A DNA stretch of 32,000 nucleotides. Source: Promethearchaeota archaeon (GTDB taxonomy: Archaea > Asgardarchaeota > Lokiarchaeia > Sigyniarchaeales > SOKP01). Below are positions 8,207 to 17,796 of this stretch, one piece after another. Both the position numbers and the translations under genes were made by a program. The notes beneath the pieces are model-generated. The model worked only from the letters and a program-made list of their open reading frames with translations, had not been told where the DNA came from and searched no databases. Each line of letters opens with the position of its first letter. Within the stretch, counting starts at the first letter, position 1. Location: assembly GCA_030606485.1 (NCBI GenBank), contig JAUWGH010000008.1:1-32000 (forward strand), in the 5' to 3' direction.

Positions 8207-11200
8207 ATGAAAAATCAAGGAGCCGAATCTAAAAAATCCACTTCAAAAACCAAAAAATTATCTAAATTTTTTAAAAAGATTCAAAATAAAATTTTAAGCA
8301 TTGATGAAAAAGCACTTTTAGAATTAGAAAGGATAAAAGCAATACCTTCCAAACCAATTTACAACTATTCAACTGAAAAAATTTCAATGGATTTAAATAC
8401 AAATGTTGAAGTGGGATTAAAACAGGACGAAATCAAAGAAAGAACTAAAGAATATGGTTTTAATGAGCTTCCAAAAATAAGAAAATCGATTTGGAAGGTA
8501 TATTTAGCGCCTATTTTTAATTTTTTAATTGTTATTTTGATTATTTCTGGAATAATTATTTTGATTTTGGGAGACCCAGCTTCTACATATATAACTTGGG
8601 GCGTAATTATAGCAAATTCATTAACTGCAATCATTCAGCAGTATAGAGCCCAAAAGGCGTTAGAGTCTTTGAAAAAAATCTCGGCATTAACTACAACTGT
8701 AATTCGAGATGGGACACAAATAGAAATAGAAACTCGAGAACTTGTTCCGGGTGATATAATAGTTATCAATCAAGGAGATAAAATTCCCGCAGATTCAAGA
8801 TTAATAGAAAGTATAAATTTATCAATCAATGAAGCACCATTAACTGGAGAAAGTGTTTCAATTGAAAAGAATGAAAATATTATCGAAAAAAAGGAGCTTC
8901 CCTTACAAAAACAGCTTAACATGGCATTTATGGGAACTTATGTTGCTACAGGAAGAGGGAAAGCAATAGTTGCCAGGACCGGAATAAGAACAGAAATTGG
9001 AAAAATCTCTCAAACCTTAAATGAGATGGGAAGTATAGAAGATATTCCATTAACAAGGAAAATGAATAATTTTGCTAAATGGTTAGTTATTATCGTATTT
9101 ATAAATCTCTCAATTTTGGTGATATATAAATTAAGCGTATTAGCACTACTTGATATTTTTACTTCTGAAAATATCAAAGGAGAATTAATTGCTGCAATAA
9201 TTAGATCTATGAATGTTATCCCTATAAATCTCCCTATTTTGACCACACTAGTTATGCTCACAGGAGTGCTTAATTTAGCAAAAACTGGTGTAATAATTCG
9301 AAACTTATCAGCAATAGAATCTATGGGTAGGATCTCAGTTATTTGTACAGATAAAACCGGAACAATCACAAAGAATGAAATGACTGTCATAAAATTTTGG
9401 TTTGACGATAAAATCTATGAAGTTTCGGGTGTTGGGTATGATAAAGAGGGAGAAATTAAAATTGATGGTCAACGAGCTAATTTTAATAAGAAAAATCATT
9501 TTGATTTTTTTATTACATCTATGGTTTTGAATAATATTTCTTCGATAATTGAAGAAGAGGTAAAAATAAAAGCAAAAAAAATGAAAACCAAAAGAATTAG
9601 ACGTGCTTTAGGGAGCCCGACGGAAGTTGCATTATTAGTATTGGCTGAAAAAGCTGGTTTTGATCTTAACAAATTAAAAGATGAATTTGAATATATTCAA
9701 GAATTTTCATTCGACTCTTCCGTTAAGAGAATGAGCACAATATATAAACCTAAAAGTAAGAAACAAAAAACATTTTATGCATTTGTAAAGGGTGCTTCTG
9801 AAATAATTGTGAAAAGATGCAATCAAATTGTATTGAATAAAAAAATTATATCATTAAATGATGATAAGCAATCAGAAATTTTGAATTCAATTAAGAAATA
9901 TGCAGAGAGTGGATATCGAACATTAAGTATTGCCTATAAAGAAATAGATAAACCTATAGCGAAAAATGAAAAATTTAATCGAGATGAAATTGAAATTAAT
10001 TTAGTGTTCTTAGGATTTGTAGTAATTTTAGATCCACCTCGTGAAGGAGTAATTGAGGCAGTTAAAAATTGTAAATCTGCAGGAATCGACGTGGTCATGA
10101 TCACAGGTGATCATCCAGCAACGGCCGAAGCAATAGCAAAAAATATTGACCTTTTTGATGAGGGTGATATCGTTGTTGAGGGAAAAAATATAGAGCTTTT
10201 ACCAATAGAAGATTTCAATAAAGTATCTGTTTTTGCGAGAGTGGTTCCATCTGATAAAGAAAAAATTATTAGTAGATACCAAGAACAAGATCGTATCGTA
10301 GCAATGACTGGAGATGGAATTAATGATTCTCTTGCACTTAAATTAGCTAATACTGGGATTGCAATGGGTATAACTGGGACTGATGTTGCAAAAGAAGTAT
10401 CTGATATGGTAATCTCTGATGACGATTTTATATCAATAGAAAAAGGAGTGAGAATTGGTCGTGGAATTTTTTCTAGAATTAGAGTAATAATATTTTTCTT
10501 CATTTGCATAAATATTGTGGAAGCGGTTTTCTTTTTTACTGCAGAATTTCTTCCTATTGAAGGATTTAAGTTGTTTAATAATTGGCAGCATATATATGTG
10601 TTTGCAATTGTCCATTCTTTCCCATCACTTGCTTTAGTAGTAGACAAAGTCCCAAAAGATATTATGAAAGAACCTCCAAAAAATGAGGAAGAAATATTAA
10701 ATAGGCAATTAATTATGTTATTAATTGTTCAAGCTGCTTTAATGGGTTTAGGATTTGCTTTATCATATTATTTAACGTTTTTTGGTGTAATACCTATAAA
10801 TGAGTTTAATTTGGATCCAAATCTGAGTTATATTTTGGCGCCCGAACTATATGGTTCAGATAGGTTAGTAATGCCAATGAGTTTAGCACACCAAAAAGCT
10901 AGAACTATGTGTATGACTGTATTATTTTTCTCTGAAACAACTTTTATTTGGAGTATACGACGTCCAAATAATTCATTCAAACAAAGTTTTGTCAATGAAT
11001 TCGACAAATATTTAATTAGTATGAGTATGTTTTGTGTTTTAATACACGTTTTATTTATAATATTTTCATATCCTGTCAATTATGCGATAAATGATGTTCT
11101 AGGTTTAAATTTTCAACTAAATTATATATTTTTAGGTCCAACAGATTGGATTTGGATCCTTGTTTTTGTTGCTCAAAGTGTTGTTGGAGTAGAACTTTTC

Positions 11201-11236
11201 AAATACTTTGCAAGAAAACGAAAAATATTTTTCTAA
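8207..11236 (+). CDS. P-type ATPase, P2A (SERCA/LMCA-like) scaffold with non-canonical transport site (paralog 1)
   Basis: LTGES, DKTGT (D382), KGASE, DPPR, MITGD, FARV and TGDGIND motifs; about 10 TM segments. M4 reads NVIPINLP; M6 reads YVFAIVHSFP. Confidence 0.95.
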   Translation: MKNQGAESKKSTSKTKKLSKFFKKIQNKILSIDEKALLELERIKAIPSKPIYNYSTEKISMDLNTNVEVGLKQDEIKERTKEYGFNELPKIRKSIWKVYLAPIFNFLIVILIISGIIILILGDPASTYITWGVIIANSLTAIIQQYRAQKALESLKKISALTTTVIRDGTQIEIETRELVPGDIIVINQGDKIPADSRLIESINLSINEAPLTGESVSIEKNENIIEKKELPLQKQLNMAFMGTYVATGRGKAIVARTGIRTEIGKISQTLNEMGSIEDIPLTRKMNNFAKWLVIIVFINLSILVIYKLSVLALLDIFTSENIKGELIAAIIRSMNVIPINLPILTTLVMLTGVLNLAKTGVIIRNLSAIESMGRISVICTDKTGTITKNEMTVIKFWFDDKIYEVSGVGYDKEGEIKIDGQRANFNKKNHFDFFITSMVLNNISSIIEEEVKIKAKKMKTKRIRRALGSPTEVALLVLAEKAGFDLNKLKDEFEYIQEFSFDSSVKRMSTIYKPKSKKQKTFYAFVKGASEIIVKRCNQIVLNKKIISLNDDKQSEILNSIKKYAESGYRTLSIAYKEIDKPIAKNEKFNRDEIEINLVFLGFVVILDPPREGVIEAVKNCKSAGIDVVMITGDHPATAEAIAKNIDLFDEGDIVVEGKNIELLPIEDFNKVSVFARVVPSDKEKIISRYQEQDRIVAMTGDGINDSLALKLANTGIAMGITGTDVAKEVSDMVISDDDFISIEKGVRIGRGIFSRIRVIIFFFICINIVEAVFFFTAEFLPIEGFKLFNNWQHIYVFAIVHSFPSLALVVDKVPKDIMKEPPKNEEEILNRQLIMLLIVQAALMGLGFALSYYLTFFGVIPINEFNLDPNLSYILAPELYGSDRLVMPMSLAHQKARTMCMTVLFFSETTFIWSIRRPNNSFKQSFVNEFDKYLISMSMFCVLIHVLFIIFSYPVNYAINDVLGLNFQLNYIFLGPTDWIWILVFVAQSVVGVELFKYFARKRKIFF

Positions 11237-11295
11237 TCAAAATTTTTAAAGTTTATTTATTATGTTGGTAGTAAGATAAAAAAAGTGAAATTTTA

Positions 11296-14181
11296 ATGAA
11301 CGATATTTATTATAACAAATCTATTCAAGAAATTCGTGAAGTTTTTCAAACTAATGAAAATGCTGGATTAACTGAGATTGAGGCTAAGAAAAGGCTCGAA
11401 TTATATGGATTAAATGAGATTCCTAAAGTTAAGAAATCTATTTTTAAAGTATATTTAGCACCTCTTTTCAATTGGCTTATAGTAATATATTTAGTAGGTG
11501 CTTTAATCCTATTTTTAGCTGTTGTATTTTTAGAAGAAGGAAATCTAGGAATAGTTTATTTAACTTTAGGAATTGTCGGAATGAATTGTGTCGTAGCAAT
11601 TGTTCAGCAATTTCGTGCTACAAAGAAGCTTGAAGCATTAAGACAATTATCTGCACCTACCACTGTTGTTATGAGAGATAGTGAAAAGAAACAAATACCC
11701 ACAAATAATGTTGTTCCAGGCGATTTATTAGTTTTAAATCAAGGAGATAGAATTCCGGCAGATGCTAGGATTATTGAATCCTCAAATTTATTGGTTAATG
11801 AATCTAGTCTAACGGGGGAGAGTGAGCCAGTAAAAAAATTAGAGAAAGGAACAGCTCTTAGTGAGGAAAAAATTCCTATTTCAGAACGGAAAAATATGAT
11901 GTTCTACGGAACATTTATTGCAACAGGAAATGGTAAAGCAATAACAGTTAGGACTGGTGGCAATACTGAAATTGGTAAAATCTCACATTTAATGGAAGAA
12001 GCAGGAACAAGTGAAATTCCTATAAGAGAAAAGATGAATAACTTTGGAAAATGGCTAGGATTAGCAGTTTTGATATTCTGGTTCGGAACGTTTATGATTA
12101 AATGGATTGCGAGTGGATTTACAACTTTTGAAATAGTAGATAGTTTAAACTCGGCAATGGACATAATGCCTATTAACATACCTCTACTTACAACGATTGT
12201 ATTATTAACTGGAGTTTTATTTATGGCTCAAAAAGGAGTTGTAATTCGAAATCTTGCCTCAGTTGATAGCTTAGGGAGAGTAAGCGTTGTATGTTCAGAT
12301 AAGACTGGGACTTTAACTAAAAACCAAATGTGTGTGCAATATATTTGGGTAAATGGTTCAATATTTAAAATTTCTGGAAGTGGCTATAATCCAGAAGGAG
12401 ACATCATTTTGATGGACGATATAAAGAATCCTAAAATTATTAAAAATGTAGAAAAATATCCTCAGTTGAAACTATTGCTGATTTCAGGGTTTCTTAATAA
12501 TAATTCAGCTTTAGTTAAAAAAGAGATTAAAACTGCCACAAAAGGTCAAAAATTTATTAATAAATATGATATAATTGGCTCGCCAACTGAAGGAGCCCTT
12601 AATGTATTATATCAAAAATCCATACAAGATTATAATGTTGATGAAGAGTTTAAATTCGTAAGAGAATACCCATTTGATTCTTCAATAAAAAGAATGACTA
12701 AAATATATAAAAAAGAAAAAGAATTTTACTCATTTACGAAAGGGGCAACCGAAGTTTTGATTCCGCAATGTAAACGAGTTTTATATCATAATAAAGAAGT
12801 TGATCTATCTGAAGACTTGAAACAGGAGATTCTGAATAATGTTAATAAATATGCAAACATGGGATACAGGATATTGAGTCTATGTTATAAAAAAATAGAC
12901 ATCCTATCTGAAAATCTCGAGGAAAGTAGAGAAAATTGCGAAAAAGATATGATTTATATTGGATTTGTTACAATTTTAGATCCTCCAAGAGAAGGTGTAA
13001 AAGAATCTGTTGAATTATGCAACAATGCTGGAGTAGAAGTTATAATGATAACTGGAGATTCCTCAAATACTGCAAAAGCGATTGCATCTCAAATAGCAAT
13101 CTTATCTGAAGGAGAAGTAGTAATAGAAGGGAGTCAAATAAAATCAATTGAATCATTTGAAGAATTGAATAAAATAAGAGTCTTCGCCAGAGTATCTCCT
13201 GAACACAAACAAGATATTGTTGAAAAATATCAAGATCAGAAGAAAGTTGTTGCGATGACAGGAGATGGAGTTAATGACGCATTAGCTTTAAATATGGCAG
13301 ATGCAGGTATTGCAATGGGAATACAAGGAACTGATGTTGCGAAAGAAGCGTCTGATATGGTAATTTCTGATGATTCTTTCATTTCTATTGTTGAAGGAAT
13401 TCGAGAGGGCCGAGGAATTTTTACAAGAATTCGAACAATAGCATTTTTTTTCATATGTATAAATTTATTTGAAGGTATTTTTCAATTTATTTTATTTGCC
13501 ATTCTAGGAATGCCATATTTCCTAACGGAAGAATATTTCTTACAATGGATATTCTTGTCAATTACTATTCATACTTTCCCAGGTCTGGTTTTGACTTTCG
13601 ATACTACATCTAAAGACATAATGAAAGAGAAACCTCGTGATTCCGAAGAAATTTTAAATAAAAATGTTATTATATTACTTCTAATATTTGGTGGATTACT
13701 TGCGATTAGTATGGGAGTTGTTTATTCTATTTGTATTACAGGAATATATGGCGTTTTTCCATTGAATTATGAATTTAATATTCTAAATGCTGGTTATCTT
13801 TTCACAACTGAAACAATGTTTTTGACTCCAGGTATTGATTTAAACGTTACTAAGACACTTACTATGCTAATGACCACATTATTTTTCTCTGAAACAATTT
13901 TAGTTCTACAAATAAGACGCCCTAATAAATCTTTAATAAAAAGTATAAAAGAAGAAAGTAATAAAAGAATGTATTTAATTCTAGGCTTTCTATTTGCTGT
14001 ATTTCTATTATTAATGTATTTTCCCGGATTTCAAGTAGGCTTAGCACATATCGGGATTAATTTCATGTTTATGTATCTAACCGCATTAGATTGGCTAATT
14101 TGTTTCTTAATTTCATCAATAACAATTGTAGGTTTTGAACTAGTAAAGTATTACGCCCGAAAAAAAGAAATTTACTTATAA
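11296..14181 (+). CDS. P-type ATPase, P2A scaffold with non-canonical transport site (paralog 2)
   Basis: LTGES, DKTGT (D335), KGATE, DPPR, MITGD, FARV and TGDGVND motifs. M4 reads DIMPINIP; M6 reads FLSITIHTFP. It is colinear with paralog 1, with a 59-nt spacer. Confidence 0.95.
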   Translation: MNDIYYNKSIQEIREVFQTNENAGLTEIEAKKRLELYGLNEIPKVKKSIFKVYLAPLFNWLIVIYLVGALILFLAVVFLEEGNLGIVYLTLGIVGMNCVVAIVQQFRATKKLEALRQLSAPTTVVMRDSEKKQIPTNNVVPGDLLVLNQGDRIPADARIIESSNLLVNESSLTGESEPVKKLEKGTALSEEKIPISERKNMMFYGTFIATGNGKAITVRTGGNTEIGKISHLMEEAGTSEIPIREKMNNFGKWLGLAVLIFWFGTFMIKWIASGFTTFEIVDSLNSAMDIMPINIPLLTTIVLLTGVLFMAQKGVVIRNLASVDSLGRVSVVCSDKTGTLTKNQMCVQYIWVNGSIFKISGSGYNPEGDIILMDDIKNPKIIKNVEKYPQLKLLLISGFLNNNSALVKKEIKTATKGQKFINKYDIIGSPTEGALNVLYQKSIQDYNVDEEFKFVREYPFDSSIKRMTKIYKKEKEFYSFTKGATEVLIPQCKRVLYHNKEVDLSEDLKQEILNNVNKYANMGYRILSLCYKKIDILSENLEESRENCEKDMIYIGFVTILDPPREGVKESVELCNNAGVEVIMITGDSSNTAKAIASQIAILSEGEVVIEGSQIKSIESFEELNKIRVFARVSPEHKQDIVEKYQDQKKVVAMTGDGVNDALALNMADAGIAMGIQGTDVAKEASDMVISDDSFISIVEGIREGRGIFTRIRTIAFFFICINLFEGIFQFILFAILGMPYFLTEEYFLQWIFLSITIHTFPGLVLTFDTTSKDIMKEKPRDSEEILNKNVIILLLIFGGLLAISMGVVYSICITGIYGVFPLNYEFNILNAGYLFTTETMFLTPGIDLNVTKTLTMLMTTLFFSETILVLQIRRPNKSLIKSIKEESNKRMYLILGFLFAVFLLLMYFPGFQVGLAHIGINFMFMYLTALDWLICFLISSITIVGFELVKYYARKKEIYL

Positions 14182-14228
14182 TTTCTATTTATTATAAAAA
14201 ATAATTGAAGAATTAAATACTGATTAAC

Positions 14229-14339
14229 ATGGGAAAAGTTCGTTTTCACGACTTTATTATAGTAATCTTTTTGTTTTGCTTTTCTATTCTTGGTTTGCTG
14301 TGGCTTTATGTTCAAATATATTATGGCTTAAAATTTTAA
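14229..14339 (+). CDS. 36-aa single-TM micropeptide, candidate ATPase accessory/regulatory subunit
   Basis: Not in the ORF track. MGKVRFHDFIIVIFLFCFSILGLLWLYVQIYYGLKF*, with an ATG start, 47 nt after the paralog 2 stop and 20 nt before the next gene, on the same strand. Confidence 0.5.
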   Translation: MGKVRFHDFIIVIFLFCFSILGLLWLYVQIYYGLKF

Positions 14340-14359
14340 TTTGAATAAAAAAAGAAAAA

Positions 14360-14950
14360 ATGAAAGAATTAAATAAACTAACAGAAATTGAAAATCAAAG
14401 TTTTCCAGTAATATCAAATAAAGTTCTAAATAAAATTGTAAATTATTACGGCTTTGGATTTTTCTTTATCTTAATCTTAGTAGGGCTATTAGCTTTTTTT
14501 ACATCTAATTTTGAAGTCGTATTTAATACTACATTTTTATCATTATTGTTGATTTCTTTAACATTCTTAACTAAATTTGAAAATGCCTTTTTAAATTCTA
14601 TGCTTTCTTTATCATTTTGCTGGTTCCTATCAATGTGTACTTTACTTATACCTATAATAGATGATTTGATGTCATTTTTTAGAGATTTTCTATTACATTT
14701 TATTATTGCATTATTTCAGTTATTTTTAATAGTATCCTTAAAGATTAAATTTTCAAAACAAGCTTTATATTGGAGTAGTATTTTTTGGATGTGTTGGGTT
14801 TTTCTTTATGATGACTTATATCGAATGTATTTAATGTTAAATATTGATGCTCCAATAATTGCTGTTCAAATCTTTTTATTTTATTCATTATTTCTTTCAG
14901 TTTTTATATTTGTATTCATTAAAAAGAAGTTTAATTTACTTTTACCTTAA
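14360..14950 (+). CDS. Hypothetical polytopic membrane protein (about 5-6 TM)
   Basis: 196-aa ORF with alternating long hydrophobic segments, co-oriented with the ATPases. No family recognised. Confidence 0.7.
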   Translation: MKELNKLTEIENQSFPVISNKVLNKIVNYYGFGFFFILILVGLLAFFTSNFEVVFNTTFLSLLLISLTFLTKFENAFLNSMLSLSFCWFLSMCTLLIPIIDDLMSFFRDFLLHFIIALFQLFLIVSLKIKFSKQALYWSSIFWMCWVFLYDDLYRMYLMLNIDAPIIAVQIFLFYSLFLSVFIFVFIKKKFNLLLP

Positions 14951-15078
14951 AAAATTTTCGAAAAATTTAAGGTTTAAGTTTGAATTAGTAAAGTTTTGCA
15001 TCCGAAGAAAAGAAATTTTGTTTTAATTTCTATTTTTAATAATAAATTTTTAATAGGTTTAGACAATTTTTAAGAAAT

Positions 15079-16125
15079 ATGAAGTTTGGATTTCATATTC
15101 CCGTACCAACGCCTAGAATCACCTATATGTTTGCGGGAACTAAAAAAGCTGAAGAATGTGGATTTGATTCTGTTTTTTATGCAGATCACACAGCTATGTT
15201 ACCGCCAGGACCAGGTATTTGCTTTGATGCTTTTAGTTTTTTATCGGCATTGGCAGTGATAACGAATAAGGTTTCTTTATGTACCGGAGTTTCTGATTGT
15301 CATCGTTTCCATCCTGCTCTAATGGCTCATAAAGTGGCTACCTTAGACCATATTAGCAATGGTAGAGCTATGTTTGGTATTGGAGCTGGTGAGGCGATGA
15401 ATATTGACATGTATGGAATGAATCGAAAAAGATCCTTAACTAAATTGAGAGAATATATAATTCTAATGAGAGATTTTTGGACTAAAAGAAAAGTTAATGC
15501 AAAAAGTGAATTCTGGGGAGAGATGAAAAAGGCTTATATTCAAATAAAACCGATTCAAAAAAGCCCACCAATTTACATCGCTGGAAATGGTCCGAAAACT
15601 CGCCAATTGACTGGAGAATTAGGAGATGGATGGTATCCACTTTATCAACCTCCTTGGGTATATAAAAAAAATCAAGAGAGAGTGGCTGATGCTGCAAAGA
15701 AAGCTGGTCGGGATCCTTTGGAGATTGATTATGTATATGATTGTTTTGTGGCAATCGATGATAAAAATCCGGAAAATGCAATTAAAAGGTGCGAATTCTT
15801 TAAGGTATCTTACTTACTCAATACTTCAATACTCAATGAAGCTTATCCAAATATAAATTTATCCAGTGATTTAACAATTCATAATTTTGATATGAGCAGT
15901 GAGGGTGCAATGGAGTTATTAAAATATTTAGACCAACTACCCAAAACTATTCTTCAAGATTTTAATTGCTTGGGCACAACAGATGATGTTATAGCAAGCA
16001 TAGAGAGATATAAAGAAGCCGGAGCAACACATTTGACAATTATGAATCGAGGGCCAGATGTGAACATAGTCTATGAAATCTTTAGAGACAAAATTATTCC
16101 CTATTTTAAAGATTTAGAAAAATAA
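15079..16125 (+). CDS. LLM-class (luciferase-like) flavin/F420-dependent oxidoreductase
   Basis: AEECGFDSVFYADH, KVATLDHISNGRAMFGIGAG, PPIYIAGNGPKTRQLTGELGDGW and CLGTTDDVIASIERYKEAGATH. Confidence 0.9.
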   Translation: MKFGFHIPVPTPRITYMFAGTKKAEECGFDSVFYADHTAMLPPGPGICFDAFSFLSALAVITNKVSLCTGVSDCHRFHPALMAHKVATLDHISNGRAMFGIGAGEAMNIDMYGMNRKRSLTKLREYIILMRDFWTKRKVNAKSEFWGEMKKAYIQIKPIQKSPPIYIAGNGPKTRQLTGELGDGWYPLYQPPWVYKKNQERVADAAKKAGRDPLEIDYVYDCFVAIDDKNPENAIKRCEFFKVSYLLNTSILNEAYPNINLSSDLTIHNFDMSSEGAMELLKYLDQLPKTILQDFNCLGTTDDVIASIERYKEAGATHLTIMNRGPDVNIVYEIFRDKIIPYFKDLEK

Positions 16126-16295
16126 TTCGTTTTTCTTTTTTTTGAATGAGTTGAAATAAGGACTTTAATTAAATCAAAATAAAAAATTTGTGAAAATATT
16201 TTATAAATTAAAATCAATTAAGTTTTTTATTGATTTTTAAATATAGAGAATTGAGATAATTTAAGATAGAGAAAATTTGGAAGAAATCATTAAAG

Positions 16296-16793
16296 ATGGC
16301 TACCAAAAACGAATCAAAAAATAATTGGGATTTTTTCAATCGAATAATTACAGATGTTGATGAAAACTGGAATATTATCCAATGTATTAGTTGTGGGAAG
16401 TGTGTTGGTGATTGTCCAGCGAGTAAAATCTCGGATTTTAATATTCGGAAAATAGTTGAAAAAGTTTTGATTGGAGATGAGTCAATTTTAAAAGAAGAAG
16501 ACATATGGTATTGCTTTTTATGTAACAAGTGTTCAAAAATTTGCCCCAAAGAGGGTATTAATATACCTTTATTTATCTTATCACTTAGAAATGAAGCTTT
16601 TAAAAAAGGATATAATATTCCTCAATTGAAGAAATATGTTAAAATGTGTAAAAGGTTTTTAGAAAATGGTACTGTAATGAAAGAATCTGATTTACCTACT
16701 GAAAGAATTGAAGAGATAAAAAAGATCTGTGAATTTGCGAGAATCAAATATCTTCATAAAGCAAGCAAAAAAAATATTGGAATTGAAGAGTAA
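16296..16793 (+). CDS. hdrC: Heterodisulfide reductase subunit C-like 2x[4Fe-4S] protein
   Basis: CISCGKCVGDCP and IWYCFLCNKCSKICP; lies directly upstream of an HdrB-like gene. Confidence 0.85.
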   Translation: MATKNESKNNWDFFNRIITDVDENWNIIQCISCGKCVGDCPASKISDFNIRKIVEKVLIGDESILKEEDIWYCFLCNKCSKICPKEGINIPLFILSLRNEAFKKGYNIPQLKKYVKMCKRFLENGTVMKESDLPTERIEEIKKICEFARIKYLHKASKKNIGIEE

Positions 16794-16816
16794 ATATTGG
16801 AGTTTCGATCAAAAAG

Positions 16817-17779
16817 ATGGAGGGTTATATTAAATCAGTTGTTTTGGATACAGATGAGATTTTACAAACTTATAATGATAATCCTTTAGATTTTTTTAAA
16901 GATAAGAAAATATGTTTATTTAAAGCATGTTTAGAATATTATTATCCCGGGATAAGAACTTGTTTAAAATCGATGTTAGAAGACTTTGATCTACAAGTTT
17001 CTACATCTTTGGAGCAATCTTGCTGTTCTGGAACTTTTCTCCAGAGAAATTTAATAACTAGAGCTCAGTTCGCCGCAATTAATGAGAGGAATATTGTATC
17101 TATAAATGAAATAGCAGATATATTGATTGTTTCTTGTAATGGTTGTTACCTTTCGTTATTAAGAGGACGTAAATTTTTAAATTCGAAAGATATAAGGGAA
17201 AAAACAACTAAAATTTTAAAAGAATTTAAAAAAGATATCTTATTCTCTCCAAAATTGAAAATAGTTCATATCTTAGATTTCCTACATTTAATTAGAGAAC
17301 AAATTGGAGAAAGATTAAAATATTCATTAAATGGGTTAAAATGTGCTGTACATTATGGATGTCATTATCTTAATTTATTATTAGATAAAAAAGATATCCA
17401 TAGTTTTATTGCCCCCAAAAATAAATTAGAAGATATTTTAACTATTTTGGGTGGTTCTATTATAGAGTATCAAGAACGAGATTCATGCTGCGGGTGGGGA
17501 GCATCTCAAAACGTAATACATCGAGACGAAGCACTTCAAATTACTTTTAATAAATTAAAAAGTGCAGAAAGTGCTGGAGCTGAATTATTAGTTACTAATT
17601 GCCCAACTTGTCTTTATTCTCTTAATAAATTCAGGGATGATATGAAAGATCTTTTCGGTGAGTCTCCACAAATACCAGCGGTTCATATAAATGAGTTAAT
17701 TGGAGTTCTTATGGAATATGAGTGCGATAAATATTGTATTGAGAGAATATTACCCCTTATTGAAGAATTAAAAATATAA
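16817..17779 (+). CDS. hdrB: Heterodisulfide reductase subunit B-like CCG-domain protein
   Basis: Two CCG domains: C...YPGI / QSCCSG / SCNGC and VHYGCH / SCCGWG / NCPTC. Confidence 0.85.
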   Translation: MEGYIKSVVLDTDEILQTYNDNPLDFFKDKKICLFKACLEYYYPGIRTCLKSMLEDFDLQVSTSLEQSCCSGTFLQRNLITRAQFAAINERNIVSINEIADILIVSCNGCYLSLLRGRKFLNSKDIREKTTKILKEFKKDILFSPKLKIVHILDFLHLIREQIGERLKYSLNGLKCAVHYGCHYLNLLLDKKDIHSFIAPKNKLEDILTILGGSIIEYQERDSCCGWGASQNVIHRDEALQITFNKLKSAESAGAELLVTNCPTCLYSLNKFRDDMKDLFGESPQIPAVHINELIGVLMEYECDKYCIERILPLIEELKI

Positions 17780-17796
17780 CTTCTTTTCCCATTTAT

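Noticed and set aside
8207-14181. Calling the ATPases bona fide P4 flippases, or ordinary Ca2+ pumps
   Set aside because: The A-domain motif is TGES rather than the P4 DGET, the M4-to-Asp spacing is P2-like, and no CDC50-like gene is present, so they are not true P4. The E309, N796, T799 and D800 equivalents are missing, so they are not canonical Ca2+ pumps.
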